Origin: Chiloscyllium plagiosum
Lineage: Eukaryota
Direction of reading: 5' to 3'
NCBI RefSeq assembly: GCF_004010195.1
Contig: NC_057754.1
Coordinates: forward strand, 9,445,524 to 9,502,804
Length of the DNA: 57,281 nucleotides
A program made the translations under genes and the position numbers. This document shows positions 1 through 11,440 of the stretch, one piece after another. Within the stretch, counting starts at the first letter, position 1. Every line of letters begins with the position of its first letter. Below the pieces are notes generated by a model. The model had not been told where the DNA came from. It did no database searches and worked only from the letters and a program-made list of their open reading frames with translations.

Positions 1-276
1 TTATTCGGGAATTGTTAGTAGTTAGAGCAGATTTATTTGGTTTGTTACTAATTTAGTTCGGTTGTTCACTGTTAGAGTTAGATAGATAAATTGTGCACTT
101 GTTGATGGTGAAGTGAATGCCAGGGATTTCTTCTACTTAACCACTAAAAGTTGCTGAAAAAAAATGGATTATGCATCTTCTCCCATTCCTTTTAATAGAT
201 TGTAGGGTGAAGTGCTCCCCTTTCAGGTGATTTAGTTTTAATTCTCAGAGAAGATGTCAACCTCGGCTTTGTAACA
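1..276 (+). repeat. 5' LTR (3' part)
   Basis: Aligns to ~5790-6025 (gatttatttggtttgttacta; ggttgttcactgttagagttagata; cagggatttctt..tacttaaccacta; gtcaacctc); ends GTAACA. Confidence 0.9.
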
Positions 277-279
277 GAA

Positions 280-299
280 TGGGGGCTTGGGTCCGAGAT
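280..299 (+). promoter_or_regulatory. Primer-binding site, tRNA-Pro-like
   Basis: tgggggcttgggtccgagat 3 nt after the LTR end resembles TGGGGGCTCGTCCGGGAT (complement of the tRNA-Pro 3' end). Confidence 0.8.
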
Positions 300-441
300 C
301 TGGACAGATTTGAAAGGATTAGGGTACGATAGGTCCCAGACTTGGAGATTAGTGGTCTAGATCTATAGTTAAAACTTAAGTGGGAAGTGGAAATCTGTTT
401 AAATTTGGTTGCTTGTTGTTAGTTAAATCAAAAGTGGGGAA

Positions 442-1600
442 ATGGCTCTTAACATTGCTAAAGAGGTTCTGGGGTTGAAGATGCTTCCCAAATTTGCCAA
501 GGAAGTTTTGAAAGACAGAAAAATATGACACTTGCAGAATTAGGCAAAAAGGCTAGAATTGGGCTTAACTAGGGTAAAAACAAAGCTGAAATTACAACAA
601 AGTTAGCCAAGTATTTAGACACACTAAGGAAACAGTCAAGTGCAGTGGAATTAGAAACAAAATTGAATTCCAAATGAGACAATTGGAGTTAGAAAATAAG
701 CTTAAAAGGTTGGAGTTAGAAGACAGCAAAAGAAAGGGAAAGAACCACTCCTGCAGAGGGGGAGAAAAGGAAAGAACCACTCCTGCAGAGGGGGAGAAAA
801 GGAAAGAACCACTGCTGCAGAGGAAAGGAAGAATATGTTTAACTTAGCAAAATGAATTTGAAACCTGAAGCAAAGAGACTTTAACCTACAGGATAGAAGT
901 GAGGATGAGCAAACTCATCTTGGTCAATGGCCTAGTAGTGGTATATACAAACATTAACAACATTTGATGAAAAAAGATGAGGAAGCCTTTTTCATTTCCT
1001 TTGAACTGGCCAGAGATTGTGTGGTAATATTAATTCATACTAAGGTAGTAGGCAGGGCAAGTGAGGTGTTTGCAGTGTTGTCAGAGATGTCAAGAGAATA
1101 TGAAGATGTAAAAAAGGCAATTTTGAGTGCCTTCGAATTGGTACCAGAAACATAGAGATAACAGTTCAGAAATGTAAGAAAGGAACCAGGTCAGACTTAT
1201 CTCGAGTTTAAATGAATTGAACAATAGGTGGATGAGAGCATTCAAGATAGAAGACATATGGGATCATAGAGATATTATTCTGCTGGAGGAGCTTAAAAAC
1301 TCATTTCCAGAAGTGATAAGAACACATGTTGAGGAACAGCAAGTTCAAACAGACAGAAGAGCAGCAGCGATGGCAGATGGGTACGGATTAGTGCACAAAT
1401 TGACATCCAGCTTCCAACAGCAATTTCACTCTGTGAAGGACAGAAGTTGGGAAAGAGAGAGATCCTTCAATGAAAAACAAAAAGTAGATCATACTGGGAA
1501 CAGTTTACCACAGGTGTAAAAAGAAACCAAAGAGGGTGAAAAAGAGGTGAAAGACCTCAGGAGATTTCAGTGCAATAAGGTGGGACACATAAATTCAAGA
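442..1600 (+). pseudogene. Gag pseudogene with SCAN-like capsid C-domain and degenerate zinc knuckle
   Basis: ATG at 442; ORF fragments 964-1155 and 1217-1519 (RDIILLEELKNSFPEVIRTHVEEQ...AAAMADGY); FQCNKVGHINSR at ~1565-1600. Confidence 0.85.
737..823 (+). repeat. 32-bp tandem repeat, ~2.7 copies, inside gag
   Basis: ggaaagaaccactcctgcagagggggagaaaa at 737 and 769, partial at 801. Confidence 0.95.
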
Positions 1601-1629
1601 TTTACTCAATTAGAACAGGAAGACTAGAT

Positions 1630-2750
1630 AAAGAAGTTAAAATATTGAGAGATATGGGAGCTTGTCTGTCTCTAATAAGAGATGAAAATATTCAAACCCC
1701 TTCTGAAATATTGCCTGAGAGAGTGGTAATCTGTGGAATAAGTGGAGAGAGGAGTAGTGTTCCCCTGTTTAAGATAAAGCCAGTGAGTCAAATCAAGACT
1801 CGGGAAGTGATAATGGAAGTGATGGAAAACTTGGCTATTCCAAGATTACCGTTTATTCTTGGAAATGATATAGCAGGATCACAGGTGGGAGTGATGCCCA
1901 TTGTAGTGGAAAAGCCAAAAGAAATCCAGGGAACTAAGGAGTTAAAAGAAAAATACCCTGGAATTTTTCCAGACTGTGTGGTGACAAGATCTTACAGGAA
2001 TAAGTTAAAACCAGAAAGGAAAACAAAAGAGAAAGATGAAGGAGTTGAGGTCCAGTTAGCTAACACTCTGATGAGATGACAAAGGAAAAAAACAGATTAG
2101 CATGTGTTTAGTTCTGACAGATTAATGGAGTTACAACAAAAAGGTGAGACAATAAAGGATTTATATCACACAGCCTACTCAGAAAAGGAATTTGAGTGTA
2201 TTCCAGAATGCTGTTACCTTAAGGATAAAACCTTTAGGTGGAAATGGAGACCTTGGCAGGTTACTGCAGGTAAGAAAGAGGCGAAGGTTCACCAGATTGT
2301 GTTGTCGGTAGAATACAGACAGGAAGCACTGCGGGTAACACATGAATCAGCTGTAGGAGGGTCATCTAGGAGTGAGGAAGACTCAGGCTAAGATACATCA
2401 GCAGTTTTATTGGCCTGGATTACCTAAAGATGTGGTTGAATTTTGCCATACCCGTCATATGGTAGAAAGACCACAGGCAGTGATAAAACCAGTGTCTATG
2501 ATGCCAATTTGTGCACTTGAAGAACCATTCACACAGGTTATGATTGATTGTATAGATTCCCTCCCTAAAACCAAAAGTGAGAATCAGTATTTACTAACCA
2601 TAATGGATATTCTTCCAGGTTTCCGGAGGAAACACTATTACTGAATGCCACAGCAAAAAAGGTTAGGAAAGAGTTTCTTACTTTTTTTTTTACCCCTTAT
2701 GGACTATCCAGGGAGAATCGGCCAGACCAAGGGTCCAATTGTATTGCCAG
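1630..2750 (+). pseudogene. Pol fragment: aspartic protease plus truncated integrase
   Basis: LRDMGACLSLI...ILGNDIAG; THESAVGG/HLG..KTQAKIHQQFYWPG; VMIDCIDSLPKTKSENQYLLTIMD; PDQGSN at ~2722, then similarity is lost (C-terminal part of the DDE core appears deleted). Confidence 0.85.
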
Positions 2751-2920
2751 AGTGAGGAATCAAATCCAGATTTGACCTTTGACATGCCTAAGAATAAATT
2801 GACTAATGAGGAAATCCTGAAGGAATGGGACAAGGTAGCGAGCTATCTCCCAGGAACAGAGAATTGATTTTTAAAAAATTATTACAAGGCTGTGAGGACC
2901 AATGCCACAGTACACTAGGT

Positions 2921-3786
2921 TTGTAAGTTGGGTGGAAAGGTGTACTGTCACAAGGATGCAGAGATCCTTCAGCATGATCTGGACAGTTTGGGTGAGTGGG
3001 CACATCAATGGCAGATGCAGTATAATTCGGATAAATGTGAGGTTATTCACTTTGGAAGCAAAAACAAGAAGGCAGGTTACTACCCGACAGGCTGCACATT
3101 GGGAGTGTGCAGGGAGACGCGGGTGTCCCTGTGCACCAGTCGCTGAAGGTAAGCATGCAGGTGCAGCAGGCGATAAAGAAGGCAAATGGTATGTTGGCCT
3201 TCACTGTGAGAGGTTTCGAGTACAGGAGCAGAGATGTGTTGTTGCAGTTATTCAGGGCCTTGGTGAGGCCACATCTAGAATATTGTGTGCAGTTCTGGTC
3301 TCCTTTTCTGAGGAAGGATGCTCTTGCTCTTGAGGGAGTGCAGCAAAGGTTTATCAGGCTGATCCCGGGGATGGTGGGACTGATAATAGGAGGAGAGATT
3401 GACGAAGTCAGGATGTGTTTTCGCTGGAGTTCAGATGAGTGAGATGGGATTTCATAGACACCTATCAAATTCTAACAGGACCAGACAGGGTAGATGCAGG
3501 GACGATGTTCCTGATGGTGGGTGTGTCGAGAACCAGAGGTCACAGTCTGAGGATCGGTGAGGATCATTTAGGACAGAGATGAGGAGACATCTCTTCTCCC
3601 AAAGTAGTTCTGATGCCAAAACATTGAATGTATTCAAAAACAACTAGATAGAGCACTTGGAGTGAATGGGATCAAAGGTTACGGGGCAGAAAGCAGGATT
3701 AGTTGGATGTCAGCCATGATTGTGATGAATGGTGGAGCAGGCTTGAAGGGCCGAATGGCCTCCTCCTGTTCCTATCTTCTACGTTT
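2921..3786 (+). mobile_element. CR1 LINE 3' fragment nested in gypsy pol
   Basis: KLGG..DAEILQHDLDSL..KCEVIHFG; LVRPHLEYCVQFWSP; CR1 3' UTR ending cctatcttctacgttt; gypsy frame resumes with DIGNAG. Confidence 0.92.
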
Positions 3787-4995
3787 GACATAGGCAATGC
3801 TGGTTTGATAAAACAATACCCCTACCAGCTTAATCCTCTCAAAGGAGGACAGGTTCAGAAGGAAGTGGAAGTGATGCTCCAAGTTGACATTAGAGAGATG
3901 AGTCAAATCAAGTGGAGTTTGCTGATCATGTTGGTGCTGAACCCTGATAGCACTTAATGATTCTGCATGGATTATCAGAAGGTCAACGCTGTGGCAAATT
4001 TTGACTCGTACCCAATTCCAAGGCTGAAGGATTGTGTGGGAAAAAGTGAGTCGAGCCACTTACATCACAAAGTTGGACTTACTTTGTGGTTACTGGCAAG
4101 TACCATTGTTGGAGAAAGCAAGTTTCTGCTTTTGTAATCCCAAATCAACTTAGATTAGATTAGATTACTTACAGTGTGGAAACAGCCCCTTAAAGTAATG
4201 TCTTTTCGAATGAAAAATGCACCAGTCACTATTCAAAGGCTTATGAACAGAGCTGTTGCCGGATTGACTAATTGTGCCATCTACATAGATGACTTAGTGA
4301 TCTTTAGCCATTCGTGGAAAGATCACATGAAGCATTTCGCAGAGCTCTTTGAGAGACTACAGAAGGCAAAGTTGATCATAAACTTGACAAAAACAGATCT
4401 TGTGAAGGCAGAAGTGACATTCTTCTGGCACAGCATTGGATACAGTCAAATGACATAGAGGAACTATCTTTGAAGATGGAAGTATAACAATTTTTATGAC
4501 TGAGTGGATTCTACAGGAGATTTTTAACCAAACTTTAGTACCATATTGGCACCGTTGACAGATTTGTTGAAAAATAGCACAAAATTTCCAAGGACAGAGC
4601 AATGCCAGGAGGCATTTGAGAATTTAAAAGTAGTTTTAACCACTGCATCAGTTTTAGCCACGCCAAATTTCCTGAAACCCTTTAAAAGTCACCATTGACA
4701 CAAGTGATGTAGGTGCTGGGAGTTATTTTGTGACAGGAGGAACTGGTTACTTTTCAAACAAACTCAAAATCCACCAGAAAGCTTTTGAAAATGAATTATT
4801 GAGTTCGGTAATGGCCTTGCAACATTTTAATGTTTACGTTGCAAGCAACGTATCAGAGATGACTGCGCACACCGATCATAATCCTTCAATATTTATACAA
4901 TGGTTTCAGGATAAGAACACATTTTGTTGAGTCTCAGGTTACAAGCATTTAATTTACAGATTGTACATATTGCGGGTCGCGAAAATATTAACGTA
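3787..4995 (+). pseudogene. Pol fragment: reverse transcriptase plus RNase H
   Basis: IKQYPYQLNP, FCMDYQKVN, SYPIPR, KLDL..GYWQVP, MKNAP.TIQRLMN, IYIDDLVIFS, IDTSDVG, ENELLS, HTDHNP. Confidence 0.9.
4150..4189 (-). mobile_element. ~40-bp HE1 SINE 3' tail fragment inside RT
   Basis: ttagattagattagattacttacagtgtggaaacagccc is the reverse complement of the HE1 tail seen at 14780-14811 and 18696-18726. Confidence 0.85.
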
Positions 4996-5174
4996 GATTT
5001 AAAAGAAAAATGTGTATACAAGGTAGGAATGGTAGTGTTTCATGTTGTGCCTAAATAGAATTTGTATAAAATGTATAACCGTAGATTAATGATCAATGGA
5101 TCTAGTAAAACGGAGTTAAGGTTTTAAGAGAGAAAAAAGGCCATCTTTTCATAATGATGGTTCATTTTTTTCTT

Positions 5175-5185
5175 AAGGGGGGAGG
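5175..5185 (+). promoter_or_regulatory. Polypurine tract
   Basis: aaggggggagg immediately before the TGTTG start of the 3' LTR. Confidence 0.88.
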
Positions 5186-6025
5186 TGTTGCGAAGTTGGT
5201 GTGTGTAAAATGGGGAAAGCATTGTACGGTTTCTCTAAAAGATGGTGTATTTTTCTGTGCTTAGCATTAAAATAGATGTCTGGCAGCAGCTTGAGTTTGC
5301 TAGTACACAGAGCATCCAAATTGAAACATTTTGTATCGAAAGGCCAAGCAGCAGTTTTATCAAGGTAACAGGTCTTGAATTTAGCCAATCAATTTAAATC
5401 AGGCCCTTAGCTATCAAAAACGTAGTAAATTTAAATCTGATGGTTTTGACAACCTAGGACCAATCCGACTGTAGGTCATCAAGGTTATAAAAGAAGGAAG
5501 CAGATTAAAAAATCAGCAAAGCCAACTTCCATCTGTCAAAGTTAACAGCTCCCATCTCTTTGAGAAAACACCATCTATATACCACGGTACTGCAACACCC
5601 ATATCTAAACTCCTGATAGAAGAATCTACCCCCGTTAAAGCACTCCTCACAGAAGAGGAATCGATGGAGAAAGCACAGAAAATTCTAGAAGACATGTAAC
5701 CTGGCTGTAATTTGAAGAGACTAAATTATTATTTTTCGTATACAAGTGGACTTGTACTTACTGGAACTGCATACCATTAGAGCCTTGTTTTATTAGTTAG
5801 TAGCTAGAAGGGATTTATTTGGTTTGTTACTAGTTAGGTTGTTCACTGTTAGAGTTAGATAAATTGTCACTTGTTAATTGTGAGGGGAGAATCAGGGATT
5901 TCTTTTACTTAACCACTAGAAAAAAAAACAGATTACATCCCTTCTCATGGACATTTTAAACAGATTATGGTTTGTGTGATTTGGTTTTAGTTCCCAGAGG
6001 GGAGGTCAACCTCCACTTTATAACC
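5186..6025 (+). repeat. 3' LTR (~840 bp)
   Basis: Starts TGTTG after the PPT; 3' end matches 1-276 and ends ataac(c). Confidence 0.85.
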
Positions 6026-6280
6026 CACCATGGCAGATGATGAAATTTGAATTCAATAAATATCTGGAATTGACAGTCTAGTGATGACTGTGAATCCATT
6101 GTCAAGAAAACCCATCTGGTTCACTAATGTCCTTTAGGGAAGGAAACTGCCATCCATACCCAGTCTGGCCTCCTACATGCGACTCCAGACCCACATCAAT
6201 GTGGTTGATTCTTAACTGTCCTGCTTGTAATTAGGGATGGGCAATAAATGCCGGTCTAGCCAGAGATGTCCCCATCTCAT
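6026..6280 (+). mobile_element. tRNA-derived SINE, 5'-truncated (Nin-domain/MER131-like by recollection)
   Basis: cactaatgtcctttagggaaggaaactgcc...gactccagacccacatcaatgtggttgattcttaactg...agggatgggcaataaatg; same family as the full copy at 16985-17334. Confidence 0.7.
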
Positions 6281-6284
6281 TGCA

Positions 6285-6640
6285 GTCCCTGTGGTGTGCA
6301 TGCAACCACAGTGCTGTTAATGAGTCCTAAGAGTTTCAGTGATTGAGGAATGGCAATACAGTGCCAAAGTCTTACTTCTGTTGGCGAGGAGGTCACCGAT
6401 AAGGAAGCTGAAGGTGTCCTGAGGAAGTCCTGCAGTGGTATCACGGGACTGAGGTGATCGACCTCCAACATCCACTAGCCTTTGGGCAAAGTCTGACTGC
6501 AGGCAGAGATTTTATCCTGATTCCCACTACTGTACTGGGCCTCTTGATGCAACACTCAAAGACAGATGCTGCGGTGATGTTCAATGCAGTCACCTTCACC
6601 TCACCTCCGGAATCCAGCTCTTTTTGTCTGTGTTTGGATC
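6285..6640 (-). mobile_element. Old LINE RT fragment (CR1/L2 group)
   Basis: ELDSGGEVKVTALNITAAS resembles the RT motif ..VRVTALDIKAAFD. Confidence 0.6.
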
Positions 6641-6714
6641 CTCCCTCTGTCTCTAAGACAACTCCTCTTCCAGCCCTCACCTCCGCTTCTGCCCAGTGCA
6701 TCTCCTGACAAAGG

Positions 6715-6830
6715 GACTGCCCAGCATGCCCTGCGCCCGGACCTGCGGGCATGCGTCCTTGGTGCGAGCCAGAGCGCTTTCCTGAGCGCTAGGCATTGTG
6801 GGAAATGCGACCGCCATTACTATGTCAGCA
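6715..6830. promoter_or_regulatory. Small CpG-rich promoter-like patch
   Basis: Local CpG cluster; gcattgtgggaaatg (ZNF143/Staf-like, 6793), ccgccatt (YY1-like, 6811), gcgggcatgcg (NRF1-like). Confidence 0.5.
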
Positions 6831-7017
6831 CCACCACCCCCCCCCTTCCACAAATGTTCCAGCTCAAAAGACTGTTATCCTTCTCGTACATAAAACAAAA
6901 TCGAATAGGGAGAAAATAAAGTGTACATTTCAAAGTATTTGTCCCACTAGCCAGGTTTTGAGTACGTTTTATTTCCTAAACCTGAAGCACAGAGAGGAAT
7001 AAAACCGTTTATAAACC

Positions 7018-7290
7018 ATGACGTGGAGGTGCCGTTGTTGGACTGGGGTGGTCAAAGTTAAAAAGAAAATCACACACCACCAGGTTATAGTCCAACAGGT
7101 TTATTTGGAAGTACGAGCTTTCAGAGCACAGCGCCTTCATTGGGTAGCTAGTGGGCAGGATTATAGGACACAGAATTTACACTATATTACTATAAATTCT
7201 GAGTCCTATGATCCTGCCCGACTAGCTACCTGCTGAAAGAGCTGCGCTCTGAAAGCTTGCACTCCCAAATAAACCTGCTGGCTTATAAAT
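7018..7290. mobile_element. Palindromic non-autonomous Penelope-type element with degenerate hammerhead core
   Basis: Inverted arms ttatagtccaacaggtttatttgg...agaattta / taaattct...ccaaataaacctgctggcttataa; core ctgctga-aagagctgcgctct-gaaagct at 7230-7257. Confidence 0.8.
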
Positions 7291-7403
7291 TAAACTGCAT
7301 AATATATTACTGCTGGCAGCAAACCACGTGGGAATCATCCACTTCTCTGTTCGAGCCAAGAAAAAACTGCCAGTTATACAGGAGCAGTATAAAATATTTA
7401 ATA

Positions 7404-7617
7404 CAGATAGCACCCACTCTCCGAAAGTAGAGCGTTCCCAGGAAACCTTTCGTAAGCCGAAAATGGTGTAAATGCATGATTTATATGGGAAAAAGTATCG
7501 CCTTTTTTTTCGTAAAAGTGAAAATTCTCTTCGGATTCATAAAAACAGGTACAAATGTAGGTCTTTCCTAAAAACAAAATTACATAAAGTGAACATCCGA
7601 AAAGCAGGGGATACCTG
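7404..7617. mobile_element. Tigger/pogo-like MITE
   Basis: TA|cagatagcacccactctccg ... cgaaaagcaggggatacctg|TA; imperfect TIRs with TA target duplication. Confidence 0.65.
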
Positions 7618-8444
7618 TACTACGTAAGGTACAGAAATACAAATGATTCTATATCTGTCCTAGATTATTTGTCACATCAGCAAGAAGTGGTTTGATTGGT
7701 CCAGTCACCCTATGTGCAACATTGTATTCAATGATGATTTTTGTTTATCTTGTAAAACATTAACTCTAAATTATAACACTTCTTTATAATTTAACCACAT
7801 AATCAACCCTTCGAATAAAGGGCATTTCTTAAGGGTTTCCACCATATTTTGAGATGAACCGAAATGGTGATTTACTTATATTTCATGTAATTTAATGACT
7901 GTATCTGATGCTCATGATTCAGCCTGGTAGATATTGGGAAGATCAAACACAGAAATAGCCACTTTGCAACTTCAAAATCCCTTCAGTATCCAAGCTGGCC
8001 CCTTAGCTTCTGGCCATGTGTCATTGTAATTCTCTGTCCTAATCCAACACTGCACTATCCGAATAAAGCTCAGTGGGAGCTGGGGGAACAACAGCTCTTC
8101 TTTCAATTTGACTCTTTACAACCTCTGAACTCAGCAGTTTCTGCGGCAAAAGGCGGTGGTCAGAACCTGGAATTTTCAACCTGAAAACAAGATGGTATCT
8201 GATCCTGAAGAAATTTTGAAAGGCAGTTGACATGTATTTGAAAATGTGGCACTTACAGGGTTACAAAAGACAAGTGGATGGATGGGGCTAAAATAACAGC
8301 ACTTTGAAAGAAGTAGCACAAGGGCAAATTGTTGAATGCCCTCCTTCTGGTTGTAAGATTCTGTCATTTGAGGAGTTGGTCATTCTATCCATTAAATGTG
8401 TTCCACCCTCTACTTTATTTGCAAGTGTTTCCTAATTCACTCCT

Positions 8445-8988
8445 GAAACATCACACTGGGGAGAAACAAATGAAATGTGGGCACTGTGGGAAGGGATTCA
8501 ATTCTAAGTTCAGTTGCAATCTCATCGGTGCAGTCACACTGGAGAGAGGCCATTCACTTGCTCTGAGTGTAGAGAAAGAATCACTTTGTCATGCAATCTA
8601 TTGGCTCACCAGTGAGTTCACACTGACCAAAGACCTTTTACATGTCCACACTGCGGTAAGAGCTTTAAAAGGTCTGGGCAATTGATGCGTCACCAACGTG
8701 TTCACCCTGACGAGAGACTAATCAGGTACTCTCACTCAGAGGCTGAGTTCATTCACCTGTACAGAATGTGGGAAGGGATTCATTTGGTCATCCTGCCTGC
8801 TGACTTATCAGGTTTTACACTAGGGAGAGGCCATTCACCTGCCAGAGTGTGCAAAAGCATTTACTCAGTCATCCAAACTGCTAACACCAGTGATTTCACA
8901 CCGGGGAGAGCCCATCCATCTGCTTCTTGTGTGCGAAGAGATTTGCTAACTCATCCACTCTGCTGAGGCACCAGCAAATTCACAAATA
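8445..8988 (+). pseudogene. C2H2 zinc-finger pseudogene (~6-7 degenerate fingers)
   Basis: [61 protein letters not shown], final HQQIHK*; several stops and frameshifts. Confidence 0.92.
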
Positions 8989-9224
8989 ACTGCTGTGGTT
9001 GGGCTTTTCTGTTAATCAGGTACAGGCCTGAATCATATTCACTTTCTTTGCCAAGGTTAAAAACACCAACTTATTTTTGGGGAATATTATTCTGGACAAA
9101 AGTCGTATCAGCTCAGTGTTAAATGTGTAGTGTGTTAAATCTTTACAATATCTCTGACATAAGTTATTTCCTTGTGAAGGACTTTCCCTCTCTCTTCTCT
9201 CCTCCATCCTCACCACCAACAAGA

Positions 9225-9850
9225 TTTGATCTCTTAAGAGGATGTGACAAGGAAGGTGGAGAAAGAAGTCAAGATATATATTTGGATTTCCAACCAATGT
9301 TCAATAAGATGTCAGGTAAAAGGTTTCTGTGCAAAGTAGGAGCTCACAGTGTTAAGGGTTATCATGGATAGAGGGTTGGCTCACTAATAGCAACTTGATT
9401 GTTGGGATAAATATTAGTTTTAAGGTTTTCAAATTTTAATTAAAGGAGTAACACGGATCAATCTATAACTACTGACTCAGGTGAAGCAGGCAACTGTATT
9501 GTAAGTAAACTTGCTAAGCAAGACATGAGGAGGTTAAACTGAACCTGCAAAGCGAGAAAGGTATTGAAGAAAACAAAATGACAGATTGAGCTGAATTGTG
9601 CGAAACTGTGTGGCTGTCCATTCTGGGAGGAAGTATAGAAAAGCAGAATAGTCCTTAAATAGAAGAGACCGCAGAATGCTGAAGTATAGAGAGATCTGTT
9701 GTCCTTTAATCACAAGCAGTTATATTCATGTACAGCAATTAATCAGACAAACAAACAGATTTATAGCCCTGATTTGCAAGTCTTATTGTGTTTGTACAAG
9801 GCATTGGTAGGAATGACCTCAAGCACCATGGACAGTGTTGGGAATACACA
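9225..9850 (+). mobile_element. Highly degraded CR1 RT fragment
   Basis: DIYLDFQPMFNKM motif; residual CR1-like sequence. Confidence 0.65.
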
Positions 9851-10119
9851 TTCATATTTATGGATTGTGTGAAAAATTGGAAGATGTGGAAATGTTTGGA
9901 CAACTTCTGGAATGTAAACTATTTTTACAGTGTTATTTATTTGGAAAATAAGGTCAGATTTATTGTCTGCTGTGTTTTATGTGCTAAGTACAAAGTCAAT
10001 GACTTGCGAGAAAAAGACAGGTAAAACTTTTAGAGAGATCAGAGATTGGATTTATGGAAATTAATTCCAGGAAAACACAGCTTTTCAAAAGACTATGAGG
10101 AATTATTAGTACTGATATG

Positions 10120-10330
10120 TATGAAATGAGCTGCCATTGGAGGTGGTGGAGGCTGGTACAATTGCAACATTTAAAAAGCATCTGGATGGGTATATGAATA
10201 GGAAGGGTTTGAAGATCCCAGGTGCTGGCAGGTGGGACTATATTGGGTTGGGATATCTGGACGGCATGGTCGAATTGGACCAAAGGGTCTGTTTCCATGC
10301 TGTACATCTCTATGACTCTCTGACTATGAT
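10120..10330 (+). mobile_element. CR1 3' end
   Basis: EVVEAGTIATFKKHLDGYMNRKG followed by a (ctatgact)-like tail. Confidence 0.9.
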
Positions 10331-10999
10331 TTTCCCAGCAACCCTTTCTGGTCTTGATCTCTATGACCTGTGTTTTCACTGATCTAGGTGGTCAGTAAGG
10401 AAGGAAATCTCCGATGCTGCAAGTCTCTCTCACTTAGTTTCTCAGTTTAAGTTATTAGGAACCAGATAAAGTTTCCAAATATCAGTATTTCTGAATACTT
10501 TATTATCCCAAAAAGCTGAACTGTTAACCGTTTCCCAAACACTTGATCCAGCTTGATTTCAATCCAGTCTAAAGATCCTCTGGCTGTCAGCAATTCAATT
10601 TCATTGATGAGAAGTGGGCCGTGAAGGTTCATGAAATCCTCCCCTTTCTTTTCAGACCTTTGTGTTTTTTTAAAAAAAGTAATCTCTGCAGTATTCTTTG
10701 TATTGTTTGAGTGTGCCTTTAAAGGGAATATAGTCCTTATCCCCGATTATAACTCAGATGTTAATTAGAGTTTGCTATCAGCTTTACGAGTTCCTTGTTT
10801 TATAATCAATGGATTATTTTGTTTGAAAGGAGCCTGGTGAAAGTGTCCTTTATTCTGCATAGTAGTACAGTCAGGAATTAATGACTGCTTTGGTGAACAA
10901 GTCAATGCATCTACCCAGATACTGTAACTGGTAGTGTAATAGAGTTGTAGTGTAATTGATTACCCCAGCACATTCCTGCTGTCACAGTGTGAACAACAG

Positions 11000-11440
11000 T
11001 CTAACCTCCTTCCTTCAGGAGGGCTATCTTGCATTGGGAACCATTCAAAAAGAGGTTCAGGAAGCCAATTACTGGGATGAAAGGATTATTATATGAGGAA
11101 AGGTCTGGGCTTGTAGCCATTGGAGTTTAGAAAAAGGAGTGTGGTGATCTCATAAAACATAAGATTTTGATAGCCGGTTAGCTGCTGAGAGGATGTTTTC
11201 ACTTGTGGGAGAATCTGGTGCAGAGAAACTGTTTAAGAATACAGTCTTTGGTTTAAGCCAGAGATGAAGAGGAGTTTCTTCTCTCAAAAGGTTGTTTATG
11301 CTTGGAGGCTGGGTTATTGAAAATATTCAAAGGTGGGCAGATTTTTCATCAAAAAGGGACACGCAGTGAGATCAGTCGTAAGTTTATTGGATGGTAGAGC
11401 ATGGTCGATGGGCCCACTCCTATTTCTCCATTGTTAACTT
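11000..11440 (+). mobile_element. Degraded CR1 3' fragment
   Basis: ttggagtttagaa..ggtgatctcataaaacataagatt; gagatgaagaggagtttcttctctca; 3' UTR ctcctatttc. Confidence 0.7.

Larger units (their letters stand above)
1..6025 (+). mobile_element. Degenerate Gmr1-like Ty3/gypsy LTR retrotransposon (gag-PR-INT-RT-RH order); 5' LTR cut by window edge
   Basis: Paired LTRs, PBS and PPT. Gag (EEAFFISFE, VKKAILSAFELVPET), protease LRDMGA, integrase HHCC/core (HQQFYWPG, EPFTQVMIDCIDSLPKT) lying BEFORE RT (DYQKVN, YWQVP, YIDD) and RNase H (HTDHNP). Many stops and frameshifts. Confidence 0.93.

Noticed and set aside
5000..5175. Possible env or extra ORF between pol and the 3' LTR
   Set aside because: The interval is under 200 bp, AT-rich and has no ORF
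8329..8966. ORFs 8329-8685 and 8682-8966 as functional ZNF CDS
   Set aside because: Fingers switch frames and contain stops; called a pseudogene instead
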